NCBI RefSeq assembly: GCF_006345805.1
Contig: NC_043016.1
Location: 27,652,001-27,716,000, forward strand
Direction: 5' to 3'
Length of the DNA stretch: 64,000 nucleotides
Source of the DNA: Octopus sinensis
Taxonomy: Eukaryota
Within the stretch, counting starts at the first letter, position 1. Every line of letters starts with the position of its first letter. The notes under the pieces were generated by a model. That model had not been told where the DNA came from and did no database searches. It saw nothing but the letters and a program-made list of their open reading frames with translations. Of the stretch, positions 50,870-63,107 are shown one piece after another. The translations under genes and the position numbers were made by a program.

Positions 50870-53499
50870 GGGAAAGAACACTTACTCTCAGGGATTAAGA
50901 CAAGTTTATTGCTTGCCAGTATATGTATATATCCATGTTTGTTTGTGTGTGTGTGTTTGTATATATGTGTGTGTATAATGACTGTTCTCAGGGATTGGAA
51001 CAAACTGCGGTGTAAAACACTAATATTAATAATTGTGACCAATAAATTAGGACTGCTCTCCTGCATTTTTGCCCCCTATTCTTCACTGCACTTACTCCTA
51101 AAATTGTTATATTACAGGTATTTGAGAAGTGGGACTAAGTACCTCTATGTATTTAGTCTTTATCTCTACTTTTATAGTTCAAATCTTGGAATAAACCAAC
51201 TTTGGTTTTCTTCTGATTTGGAGGTTGAATTCCAGTAAAACAGAGGTCGGCTTGGCTGTACCTCTGCCTAAAATAAAATGGCCTTGTGCTTAGTCAAAGA
51301 AGGGTTAAAATGTTCAATATTAAAACTGATATCATTAAAGCACTTTGATACATATATATATATATATAATAATAATTTATCTATATATTTTTAATGCTGT
51401 AAACTGTTAGAAGTATATTTAAATAATGCTTGGAGAAATGGTACGGCTAAATATCACTGAACTTTTTCTCAGGTGGCAGGGAAACAAGATTCCTGGAAAG
51501 ATCATGTGAATATCAGCCTGTACGTTATTTGTTACTAACAAACAGCAAGGACAATTAGAGAACTTTGAAGATACTGAAATTATGTCCATGATTTTTATTT
51601 GAGACTGGCAGGTTGTGCTATCACACATTTTTTCGACCAACACAGTTCTTTTATATTTCTTCAATAGAAGAGTTTCTGAATGTAAATTCACAAAAATCTG
51701 TTTCTATGGAGCTTTTTTCTTTTTTTTTTTCTTTTTTAATAAGCTTTAGTGTTATCTCTTTACTTTTGTATGATGATGATGATGATAATCTGGTTCAAGC
51801 AGTATTGCAATTTTTAAATATATTGGTGTAATTGTAGTGAGGAAATGTTCTGAATATTGATTCCATTGTTGCTTGGGTAAAAACACAGCACAATATTCAT
51901 TGCCTCAGTTCACCTGAACGTTGAATATGGGTAACTAGTTTTATGGGGAGAGTTGTCTGCAATAGTTTAGCAATCTACCTAGTGAGGGAAGAAATTTAAC
52001 TTAAAATTGCAGAAATCACTAAGGTTTGAGTTGAAAGAATTATGATTGCTAGTTACCTCATTAGATCATGTTACCTATACTATTAATGTCAAAAATTACA
52101 GTATTTTATAAGACTTTTTGGCATGAGTTACATAACTGGTTGGAATCTCAGATTAACATTTGTTACCAATGTTCCTGATATTTTGATCAAATTGATTTCC
52201 TTACTGGCAACAAAATTGTTTTATATTTCAGATTGATTTACAGTTTAATAAAAAGAAGTCCTCAACATTTCTTCTTTCTTTTTTCATTATTATTTGACTG
52301 AATGAGAAATAGTATGTATTTTTTTTTAATGTACTCAGGTATTTCACATTCATAGTGATGTAACTAACTAGTTACCTTATTCCACCTATTTTCTTTCAGT
52401 CTACACCCTTTGTTAAATTGAATTTCTTTTTAACTATAAAACAAAGTGTATGTGTATCTATATATTTATATTTCTAACTGCTCTGTATTTTTTTTCTTTG
52501 ACACATTTGTGTAATTAGACTGAGCCATCTAATGCCAGGAATCATTCCTTGATGGTCTAGAAACTTGTCCCTTTGTTGCTGTTTTTGTCATGAAGTTATT
52601 GCATTCTAAAATCAGGCAATGGTCTATAAGTTCTATCAAAAAAAGACTTGTGCAGGGTACCCAGTTCCATATATGTATATGTGACTGTATATTCTATTCT
52701 AATTTCCCCTCCCCATTCCCTCTTCAGTACTTCATTTCTCGCTGAATCATTCCATGTTTTCTATTTATTTTTTTGCCTACTCAGGTAGCAAGATTTAAAA
52801 ACCAGCAAATTACATTTCCCAGTTTGGGAATATTTTTAATAGCTTTTCCCCCCTTCAAAAAATATATCCATTAGTTTATTCACAAAATGAAACAAAAGAA
52901 AAAAAGGAAAAAAAAAACCTGCCTACTTTAGCTACATAAATACAGTCCATAATAAGAGGTGTAGCTTTCATTAAACACCTTATTTAATAAATTACTGCTT
53001 TTATAAATATCGCACCTGTCCCTTTTTAATTATATACATCATTCAATCTGGCAGCAAAAGTAGCGAGAGGTTTTTTGTGGTTTTTTTTTTTTTTTTTTTT
53101 TTCTGCTCTGCTAAGTATGTGTATGTATATATATATATGTATACATATATGTGTGTGTGTATTTATATATATATATGTATAATATGTAATGTATATATAA
53201 TCTCAGATTTCAACGGTATGGAAACGTTTTTTATGCATGGAACTTTTCCATTTTTTCCCCCCTTTTTATATGTATTGATTCATATCTACTGTTATCAAAA
53301 TTTTGTTGAATATAAAGGAATAAAATGTGGCAAAAAATCCTTTTCTTGTTTTTATTTATTTATTTTACATCTTCCATACTTGAAGGAACACATTGTTCGG
53401 TCAATGAATGGAAAATTCTGTCTTTGTGATACAATGATGAAATTGACTAAGTGTACCAATGTAGAAATTTATTTCTTAATATACGTTGTTACTCATTAA

Positions 53500-53705
53500 C
53501 CTTTATTCAGATTCCTCTGTCAAACATAAGGCGGCTTTATCCACTTTTTTTTTTATTATCAATCATGGCTTATCTTGTATCTTTGATATTTTGATGATGT
53601 GATTGTTTATATTTAGAATGACATTGTAGGGTAGGTGTGAGAGGCCAGATCTGGTTGATTTGAGAATAGAACAGGCCATATGTGGTTGGTTAGTATGCTA
53701 CAGGG
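53500..53705 (+). mobile_element. piggyBac-type MITE, family 2, decayed
   Basis: TTAACCTTTATTCAGATT start; TAGAATGACATTGTAGGGTAGGTGTGAGAGG body. Confidence 0.75.
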
Positions 53706-54942
53706 TTTGAATGAATTTAAACTGTTGTAGACATTACTGTCTCATTCTTTCAGTATGCATCTTTATGTATATGTCATTGATTTTTGTACTTTTTCCATAC
53801 TGGCATGGGTTGGGTGACACTTAGGTGTTTAATTGTGCTGTTTACATACTGTATCAATATATTACAGAAACAAGCATTTATGCACACACTCACACGAGTG
53901 GAAAATTTCCATCAACAATTCCATTTTCAGTACCAAGTGTCTTATACAAGACAGTTACTGAAAGTGTCATATAATGAGACAATCCCAAAACCATATGGTT
54001 ACAAAGCCAACTCCTCTATATCTCCACAGCTGTGTGGTCTAGTTAATTTTTTAAGTAAAGATGCAGAGGAATTTGCATTTTGTCATTAAGCTGTCAACTA
54101 GAAACAAGACCAGAGAGATTTTTTTTTTTTTCCTCTTCATTTCAAAAATCAGGCTTGCACTATGGAGAAAGATGGCAGTTGGGAACAACATCAGGGTTTA
54201 AACTGACCAGGGGTTAAGTATGGTGGTATTAGGTCTTCTGATCAATCTTAGACCATAGCAGGGACGATATTAGTACATTTTTACAAATTAACAAAATATG
54301 TAGATTATATACATTTATACATACCACACATGTTCTGAAAGTAATATCAGTTAATTAAATGTTATAGAGTCTATATTGTAGATAATGAATAATTTAGTTA
54401 GTCAATCACAATAAACATTATATATATAAACAATCCAACAAAGGATTCAGTATGGTTATACTCACACCTCAACATTTTGGTGTTAGATAGCATAACTATG
54501 AATGTTTTATTAAAATCCCCTCAATTGATTCTATTGAACATTAATTGAAAAGCTAATAGTCATTAAAAGAGATATTAGTCATGAATGATTTAAAAAGTAC
54601 TCCTCAAAACATTAGATTATTGTATCTTTTAAGTAACGGGAGAAAGTGCCTTTGTTAAATTTATTGTTCATGTCATGATCACTTCTCGGGTCTTGTTAGA
54701 AATGTGTATCGGATTTTATGGTGATCTTACCTTTTGATTGACTTGGACATATTGACATGTCATTGTTTTGCCTTATCTCTCATTGTTTCTATACGCAACA
54801 CTATATTCAACATTGCCACAGTCCACCTAGGCATCACCAGATTATCTGGTAAAGTTATGTGATTGGCTTGTGTCCTATCCTAGTGGAAGTTTATTTCTCA
54901 TCCACTTAACACCTGAAAACAGAAACTAATCGCTGACCTTAA

Positions 54943-55112
54943 GCTTTTAGCATTTGTATTATTCTGTCACATGCAATGTTTGTTTATTCATATGATTTTG
55001 AATTAATCATATATTATCTTGTAGCTTTGAGACTTTGATGATGTGACAATTGACCAGTTTCTAACATATAATAGAATATCTGGGCCAGATATGGTTGGTT
55101 TAAATGCTAAAA
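54943..55112 (+). mobile_element. piggyBac-type MITE, family 2, internally deleted
   Basis: CTTTTAGCATT...TTTTGAATTAATCAT...AAATGCTAAAA. Confidence 0.65.
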
Positions 55113-55199
55113 GTCTTCAGCATTTAAATGTTTATATTTTGCACAAACATATTTGTGTGGGTGAATGAAAAGTATTAATGGATAGATAATGGTATGTTT

Positions 55200-55850
55200 G
55201 CACTTAGTGATGCTGAAAGGAAAGACATATGAAAGGTTATTAAATGTGGAGAATGCATGGAAGCAAAGGACTCTTCTCAATGAGAACCCAACAGAGAGAC
55301 CAGCTGTTCAAGTTGACAACAGTATGATAGATATGGAAATTAATTATGTGAAGACTGGGTAGGGGTAAAAATCTCCAATCCATGGGGAATTACTGATCAG
55401 GTACTTAGTCAGCTGCTCCAAGGGAGGAGATGTGATAGAGAGAAGTAATTTCAGATGCATCAAATGACTTGATCAGGTTGTGAAAGTTAGAGAGAGAGTG
55501 ATAGCCCAATTAATTAGGAACAGAATCAGACGAGATGCAGTTTGGGTTTTTGCCAGATAGAAGTACTACTGATGCTTTCTTTGTTAGACAACTTCAGGAG
55601 GAGTGTTTAGCTTAGAGTAAACCATAATACTTGACATTTGACCTGGTGAAGGCTTTTCACAGAGTCCCAGTGATGTGGTCATCTCTGAGGAAGCCCGGAG
55701 TAGATGAAAGGGTTGCTGAGAGTTAAACATGATAAATTTAGTGTACAGGTGGGTATTCACCAGTTCTCTCCTATTCATCATTTTTCCCCAGGCCATAACA
55801 GAATTTAAGACTGGCTGTGAACAGGATCAGCACATATTACACCCCACTCT
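55200..55850 (+). pseudogene. RTE-clade LINE reverse transcriptase relic
   Basis: Broken frames give ERSNFRCIK, DEMQFGFLPDRSTTDA, VRQLQEE and DLVKAFHRVP, matching RTE RT motifs QFGF..GRSTTDAIF..RQLQE and DLEKAFDRVP; multiple stops and frameshifts. Confidence 0.75.
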
Positions 55851-56541
55851 CATCTGGTGGTTACTGCCATTCCTCCTGAGAACCACTTTCCATTCCTCAT
55901 TATCATTGCTGCCCACAATATTCCTATCAATCACCTCTTTACTGTACAATCAGCTACTGCTCTCTCCCCTCTACTATATTCTATTCTTAACACCTTTCTT
56001 ATCTGTTATTACTCTCAATGACCTCTCATATCTATCATCATGCCCTATGTACTATAGCTCCTGATGCATCTCCTCCTCTCCACTACTCCAATACCTTGCA
56101 CATCATTCCACTACTTCCTGATCTATTCTGCTCCTATATCTCTCACATCAAAGGGGTCCATAGATTAAAAACGGTTGAGAAACACTGCTTTAGCCTTTCA
56201 ACACCTGAAATAAAGCCAGCTACCTGTACCTTCCTCTCTCATATACTCCCAATTATAGTAATGAGAGATTTTTCTTTCTTTACCTTTTTACTTTTCTTTT
56301 TCTCTTTTGCAAATTTACATAGCAACCTCACTAGTCCCAGCAGTACATAAAAAGTACCCAGTACACTCTGTAAATGGTTGGTGTTAGGAAGGACACCCAG
56401 CTATAGAAATCATGCATTGGCACTTGATGTGAGCTTGCAGCTCAACAAATACTGCCAAACTCTCCAACCCATGCCAGAATGGAAAATGCAAGTTAAATGA
56501 TGATGATAATGATGACATATAATAATCTCATCATTGTTTAA

Positions 56542-56737
56542 CCCTTTCATTACTGTATTTATTTTGAGATGCTCTGTGTTTCTTTCAATTCCTTTAAATA
56601 TAACAAGAAGTTAGTAAAATAACTTAGTTATCATTAAGCTAGTGTTAGGAACAAGGTTTGGTGGAAGATTTTAATTCAGAACGATTGAACACAAGGCATT
56701 TGTACTCAGAGACAGAGCTGGGTTGGTAACAAAAGGG
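56542..56737 (+). mobile_element. piggyBac-type MITE, family 1
   Basis: TTAA-CCCTTTCATTAC...GTAACAAAAGGG-TTGA. Confidence 0.85.
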
Positions 56738-58626
56738 TTGAACATCAGTCTCTCTGCTTGCATGGACTGATCAGTTTTGACAAATTCTGATGGGTTCAAG
56801 GACTGCATCATGCTCCATGTCTATGTCGGAATGGTTTCTACAGCTGGATGCCTTTCTTAATGCCAACTACGTTACAGCATGTACTGGGAACTGTTTTTGT
56901 GGTGCCAGTACTGGTGATGATGACCTCATAGCATGCAAGGGTAAGGGCTGAAAGTGGCTCCTGTAACTGAAGCAGAACAGAAAAGAGAGTGGGCGAGGAT
57001 TTTAGATGGAGGGGTGGTAAGAGGACAGGATAGGGATTAATTACAAATTATTGAGAAAAAGAAGGAATGAGTTCTAAAGGTGATAGAATGAGTGGTTGTG
57101 TAAGAGGAATGTTTAAGATTATCCAACAGGGTCAAGTATGGACAGATGATATGAGGAAAAGGGTGGAGAGATTGTTAGAGAGTCATTGAGGGAAAGGGGT
57201 TTTTAAGGTCAGTGGGGGGAAGATGATAAAGGAGAGGGGCAGGAAGTAGATATGGTACTGCATGTCACCAGTCACTACAGTATATGTGTCTATATGTTTA
57301 GAATTATTATATTTTGCCTTTGATATAGCTGAAACATTTCCACCAGCAGTTTCTGGCTCCATTCAAACTGTGTATGAAAGATTTTACAACACTTAGCCAT
57401 TAGGCGATTTCTAAATCACTGTTTCACACATATGGCAACAATGATTGCATGTCTGTTCATTTCTTGAGTTAGCATTTTATGTGCCATGAGCAATCTGAAA
57501 GAAATAAAAAACCTTTTAATTGGCTTGAACAAAGTAATATACTGATAATTAAGTCTCCTCAAATACCCTTATGCTATGTATATACAGGGATTGGACAAAA
57601 TAAGGGAAACATAACATCATAATTTTGAAATATCTATAAAACCATCAAAAGCTTGTTTATTTTTGTTTTTTCATTTATTATTAGTGTTGCTTAATATGTT
57701 TTCCTAAAACGGTTGTTTCTTTTCAGATATCATCAGAAAAATATAATTAAAATTTATTAAAATGACAGATCTATTGGACTTTCAAAGAGGTCAAATTGTT
57801 GGTGCTCGTATTGCAGGATCTAGCGTTATGAAAACAACCAAAATGTTTGGTGTATCAAGAAGTTCTGTATCGAAAGTAATGACAGACAGCCTTTGAGAAA
57901 GTGTGAAAAACCTCCTCGTCGAAACGAAACTCCAGATAAAACCAAAAGCTTTCAGATAGGGACCGTCGGACTCTTCTTACACGAATTGTTAGAAAGCATC
58001 TCAACAGTACAAATTATTGCAGAGCTTAATGACCAGCCCAAGAATGCAGTTTCCACAAAAACTGTTTACCAGGAGCTGCACAAAGCTGGATTTCATGGGA
58101 GGGCTGCAATCAGAAAACCACCACTTTCAAAAACAAATGTTGCAAAGCATTTAGAATAGAGTAAAAACCTACAGAATCGGTCCCTAGAGCAGTGGAAGAA
58201 TGTTATTTTCTCAGACGAGTCATCCTTTGCCTTATTTTCGACCACCGGCTGAGTATACGTGTGGAGACAGCCAAAAGAAGTATTTGACCCAGACTACCTT
58301 CTTCCAACAGATAAACATGGAGGAGGATCTGTGATGATCTGGGGGGGGGGGCTATATCTTGGAAATCTGCTGGCCCAATGGTTTCCCTTCATGGCAGAAT
58401 TAATAGTCAAGACTATTTAAGCATTTAATCTGATCAAATTCATCCTATAGTTGTAGAACTGTTTCCAGAAAGAAACACAATGATAATGCACCAATTCACA
58501 CAGCTAAAGTTGTTACTGAATGGCATAAGAAACATTCTAGTGAATACAGTTCTATATTTAAGAGATGATTTATTATGTACATTATTTACATTCGATGGAT
58601 ATTTGTCCTCATCTTGTTTGTTGTTA

Positions 58627-58670
58627 ACACAACGTTTCGGCTGATATACCCTCCAGCCTTCTTCATGTGT
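58627..58670 (-). ncRNA. Minimal type I hammerhead ribozyme in the inverted pLTR (C3 mutated)
   Basis: Minus strand reads ACAC-aTGAAGA-A-GGCTGG-AGGGTATA-TCAGCC-GAAAC-GTT-GTGT: stem I ACAC/GTGT, stem II, palindromic AACGTT stem III. Confidence 0.7.
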
Positions 58671-58790
58671 CTTGTGGAAATTTCAAACCTGAGTTCTCAT
58701 TCCTGAGGTATTTTTCAATGTTATTATTATTATCATTATTACTATTATTATTATTATTGTTATTGTTCAGGTCACTGCTTGGAATTGAAC

Positions 58791-59709
58791 CAACATTATG
58801 GCTACGATATGTTGATGACACCTTTATACTCTGGCCCCACCAGGAAGATGTCCAAGTGCTGTTAAATCATGTGAACTCAATAAAGCCATCCATACAGTTC
58901 ACAATGGAAAAGGAAAAAGACAATCAGCTGGCATTCCTGGCTGTATTAATAACTTGCACCAAGTATGGATTCAGGACATCTATATACTGCAAGCCGACCT
59001 TTACTGGACAATACCTCAACTTCAATTCCTCCCCATCCATACAGTGTAAAGAGAGGGATTGCTCAGTGCCTAAAACATCGTGCAAGAATATAAGTAGTGA
59101 TCGTGATACACACCACAAAGAAATGATCAAGTTCAATAATGATCTGTTAAGCAACAACTACCCCAAAAGTATACTATCCGCTCCAATTATGAAGAAGAGA
59201 AAAGATGAGGCCAATAAACTGTCTACAGTCTGTCTACCCTATGTGAAAGGCCTCTCCGAAAAGATACAAAAGATATGCGGCCCATATGACATCAGGACAG
59301 TATTCAAGAGTAATACAACACTTCGCGAATATCTCCTTCGAGTAAAACCGCCAATACAAGAGAATATGACCAAAAATTGAGTGTACTCCATCCCTGCAGC
59401 TGTGGTAGATTATACAAAGGTGAAACTTGCCGCCCCATCAAAATAAGGGTTGACAAACATCGCAAAGCTGTGATACAAGGAGATATTGATAAATCGTGTA
59501 TAGCTGATCATGTATGGAAAAATGGAGACCGCTTCCCCCTGTGGGATGAAGTTAAAATAATAGACAGAGAACACCACTGGAAAATACGAAAACTAAAAGA
59601 AGCAGCACATATGCTAGGACACAACAACCTCCTAAGCAGGCCGAGTGCAGATATGAACAGCATATGGGAACCGGTATTAAGGAAGGATAGAAAAATATTA
59701 GATTTATAA
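58791..59709 (+). pseudogene. Penelope RT (C-terminal part) plus GIY-YIG endonuclease, frameshifted
   Basis: Two compensating frameshifts near 59030-59090, plus a stop and a frameshift near 59378-59398. Confidence 0.9.
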
Positions 59710-59740
59710 GCCCCATAAAATTCACTCCATAATTGCTCAC

Positions 59741-59812
59741 AGGTATATGGCATAGTGGTTAAGAGTGCAGGCTACTAACCCCAGAATTCCAAGTTCGATT
59801 CCAAGCAGTGAC
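59741..59812 (+). ncRNA. tRNA-like Pol III promoter segment inside the Penelope 3' region (not a functional tRNA)
   Basis: A-box TGGCATAGTGG (59748-59758), anticodon-loop-like CTACTAA and B-box GTTCGATTCC (59793-59802); acceptor and T stems pair poorly. Confidence 0.7.
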
Positions 59813-59891
59813 ATGAACAATAATGATAATAATAATAATAACATCGAAAAATACCTTAGGAATGGGAACCCAGGTTCAAAATTTCCCCAAG

Positions 59892-59935
59892 AAACCTGAA
59901 GAAGGCTGGAGGGTATATCAGCCGAAACATGGTGT
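59892..59935 (+). ncRNA. Minimal type I hammerhead ribozyme in the direct pLTR (cleavage triplet mutated)
   Basis: CTGAAGA (59896-59902), A, GGCTG...CAGCC, GAAAC (59924-59928); ATG here where the other copy has GTT. Confidence 0.7.
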
Positions 59936-60078
59936 TAACAACAAACAAGATAAGGACAAATATCCGTCAAATGTAAATAACATTCTAGTGAAGTTGAACA
60001 TCTTATTTGGCCACCACAGTCCCCAGATCTCAATATTATTGAACATTCATGGTACATTTTAAAAAAAAGTAAGGAATA

Positions 60079-60474
60079 GGCGCAGGAGTGGCTGTGTGGT
60101 AAGTAGCTTGCTAACCAACCACATGGTTCCGGGTTCAGTCCCACTGCGTGGCATCTTGGGCAAGTGTCTTCTGCTATAGCCCCGGGCCGACCAATGCCTT
60201 GTGAGTGGATTTGGTAGACGGAAACTGAAAGACGCCTGTCGTATATATGTATATATGTATATATATGTGTTTGTGTGTCTGTGTTTGTCCCCCTAGCATT
60301 GCTTGACGACCGATGCTGTTGTGTTTACGTCCCCGTCACTTAGCGGTTCGGCAAAAAGAGACCGATAGAATAAGTACTGGGCTTAAAAGAATAAGTCCCG
60401 GGGTCGATTTGCTCGACTAAAGGCGGTGCTCCAGCATGGCCGCAGTCAAATGACTGAAACAAGTAAAAGAGTAA
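60079..60474 (+). mobile_element. SINE family B (CORE-like), young full-length copy
   Basis: GGCGCAGGAGTGGCTGTGTGG A-box, GGGTTCAGTCCC B-box, GGCATCTTGGGCAAGT CORE-like segment and tail AAGTAAAAGAG. CpGs are intact. It splits the transposase at KKVRN/QYLPP. Confidence 0.93.
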
Positions 60475-61250
60475 ATCAATATCTTCCACCATCATCACTA
60501 CAAGAACTAGAGACTGTTTTAGCTGAAGAATGGACAAAAATTCTTTTGGAAGCAATTCAAACTTTGTACGAGTCCATACCTCATAGAATTGAAGCTGTAA
60601 TTACTGCCAAAGGTGGTCCTACTCGATAATAAAATAAATTTGTTTGAAATTTTAAGGTGTTTCCATTATTTCGTCCAACCTCTGTAGATAGATATTTGGC
60701 AAGTTATCTCACTTGTCTATGGCTTTCAGGTGTTTTTTGACACCTGGAACTTTGAGAGAGTCATCTCCACCACTCTAAATCAGAGCCTACAGATGAACAA
60801 GCAAAACATATACATTGAGTATGTGTGGCTAATATTGTTTACAACACAAGCACTGCTTCTAATTCATATTTCAACATATATGTATCTATGTATGTATGTA
60901 TGTATATACGTACATACATATGTAAGTGTATGCGCATCCTTATCACCGCTTTTATGTCCATTTTTCCTGTATCAGCATGATACAGATGAGATTAATTCAG
61001 GTAGTCTCCTATGGCTGGATGTCATTCCTAGCAACAACCATTTTACAGAAATGTACTAGGGGCATTTGTATGATATTCTAGTAAAAGTAATATTGTTGTG
61101 TCATTGACAAGAATAAAGGGTCCAGATTTTTTTCATTTTCTTCTAACCACTTAAAACTTTTCAATTTTCAATGGTTTGCTTTCAAATTTTCCACACAGAT
61201 GTAGTTTGGCAAGCTAATAGTAAATATCTTATTCGTTTTTTTTAAAACTA

Positions 61251-61665
61251 GGTATGGCTGTGTGGTAAAAAGCTTGCTTCTCAACCACATGGTTCCAGGT
61301 CCAGTTCTACTGCATGGCACCTTCTATAACTTCTGTTATAGCCTTGGGCCAAACAAAACCTGTGAGATAATTTGGTTGACAGAAACTGAAAGAAGTCCAT
61401 CATATATATATATAGAGAGAGAGAGAGATAGATGTGTATATATCTATGTGTGTGTGTCTTTGTGATTATTTGTCCCCCATTACTACATGAAAACCAATGT
61501 TGGTGTGTTTATGTCCTGATAACTTAGTGGTTTGGCAAAAGAGACTGGTAAGTACTAAGCTTTAAAAAATATGCTCTGGAGTCAATTTGTTTGACTAAAA
61601 ACCCTTCAAGGAAGTGCTCCAGCATGGCAACAATCAAATGACTGAAGCAGGTAAAAGGTAAAAAA
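61251..61665 (+). mobile_element. SINE family B, decayed
   Basis: Colinear with the copy at 60079. Confidence 0.85.
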
Positions 61666-62387
61666 TAAATTAACAAGATAGAAGCAGTCAAAGTTTAATT
61701 ATAAATGTTCAAAATAATAACTATGATATTCATAATCGTGTAAAACTAGATCAAAAGAACTTTTTTTTGAAAATTTCCAGTTTAAGATTTGTGGTTAGCA
61801 GGAAACAAAATAGATCTAAGGGTCCTCTGGATGGACTCCTCATCTTCTTTGTTCATAACTCCAGCAGCACAAATGGGATGTTACTGTAACTTACAAAATT
61901 ATACATCTCACTACCCTATGATGTGACTGGGGTTAACAGAAGAGACAAGAGAGCAAATACCCGAAACAAGCTGGCTGGGTAAAAGTGAGCAAAAGTACAA
62001 CTGAGAGAGAAGGTGGTAAATGAAGAGACAGCAGGACGGATAATAATAGAAATGGGGAGTGGGTAATGGATGATAGAGTGTATCTGATGCAATCCCTTAC
62101 ACATAGGCCCCAGGACAGGGATAAAGAAGTGGGATAAGGATAGGTGTAGGGAGAGGATAGACTATAGATAGATCCTCTACCATCACTCATGACACAGGGT
62201 GACATGGTATAGTAAATGGAAGGGAGGGTGCGGTCTCAAAGATATGAGAGGTTAGGACAAAAGAAAATATTTGCCTTTTATTTTTTCATTGGAATCATTA
62301 TACAGTGAAAAGAAGAAAGTGTGATTGACAGTGGGATGAGTGAAACATGTAAGTATAAAGAAGGAGAAAAAAAAAGTGGGGAGTGAT

Positions 62388-62725
62388 GAGTGGCTGTGTG
62401 GTAAGTAGCTTCCTTACCAACCACATGGTTCCAGGTTCAGTCCCACTGTGTAGCACCTTGGACAAGTTGCCTCGGGCCAACCAAAGTCTTGTGAGTGGAT
62501 TTGGTAGACGGAAACTGTGCGTTTGATATTATGTATTTGTGTTTGTACCCCCACCATTGCTTGACAACTGATGTTGGTGTGTTTACGTACCTGTAACTTA
62601 GCAGTTCGGCCTAAGAGACTGATAGAATAATTACTAGGCTTACAAAGAATAAGTCCTATGGTTGATTTGTTTGACTAAAACTGGTGCTCCAGCATGGCCG
62701 CAGTCAAATGACAAACAGATAAAAG
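62388..62725 (+). mobile_element. SINE family B
   Basis: GAGTGGCTGTGTGGTAAGTAGC head through the CAGTCAAATGAC tail. Confidence 0.88.
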
Positions 62726-63071
62726 AAAAAAAAGTAGATGTTATTGCTTATAATTATGTACATACATGTGTGTGTGCATGTATGTATATACGTATGAGCA
62801 TACAATAGATACATACATGCAAGGTAGATACAAACTCTAATTTACATGTGTGAACATATATATATGTATGTATGCTCACGCACCCACACATTTTATTTTA
62901 CATATACATACATCAAGGTACTTATTAATAGAAGATACACACAGTTCTTAGTTTTTAATATATCAGCTTAAATCTTGTTATATAAATATGTTCCTAACTG
63001 TATGTGTATATAATAGAGGACAAAGTGTACACACACATAACAAACATATACTTAAAAATATACATACTCAC

Positions 63072-63107
<36 letters not shown>

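Larger units (their letters stand above)
58545..59978 (+). mobile_element. Penelope-like retroelement, 5'-truncated, with inverted 5' pseudo-LTR
   Basis: RT motif WLRYVDDTF and GIY-YIG endonuclease VYSIP.SCG..YKGET...R..H...E. The inverted pLTR (58545-58790) mirrors the direct pLTR (59793-59978). 14-bp TSD AACATTCTAGTGAA at 58531-58544 and 59979-59992. Confidence 0.93.
57585..60684 (+). mobile_element. Tc1/mariner DNA transposon, DD36E spacing (Incomer-like), defective, with two nested insertions
   Basis: 27-bp TIRs (57585-57611, 60658-60684) flanked by TA. ATG at 57762 gives MTDLLDFQRGQIVGAR; FSDESSF (D at 58214), DNAPIH (D at 58482), WPPQSPDLNIIE (E at 60041). Frameshifts and stops are present. 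About 1.25 kb remains after removing the inserts. Confidence 0.92.

Noticed and set aside
59741-59812. Functional tRNA-Ser(ACT) gene
   Set aside because: Acceptor and T stems do not pair, there is no Ser-type long variable arm, and it lies inside a retroelement; kept only as a tRNA-like promoter.
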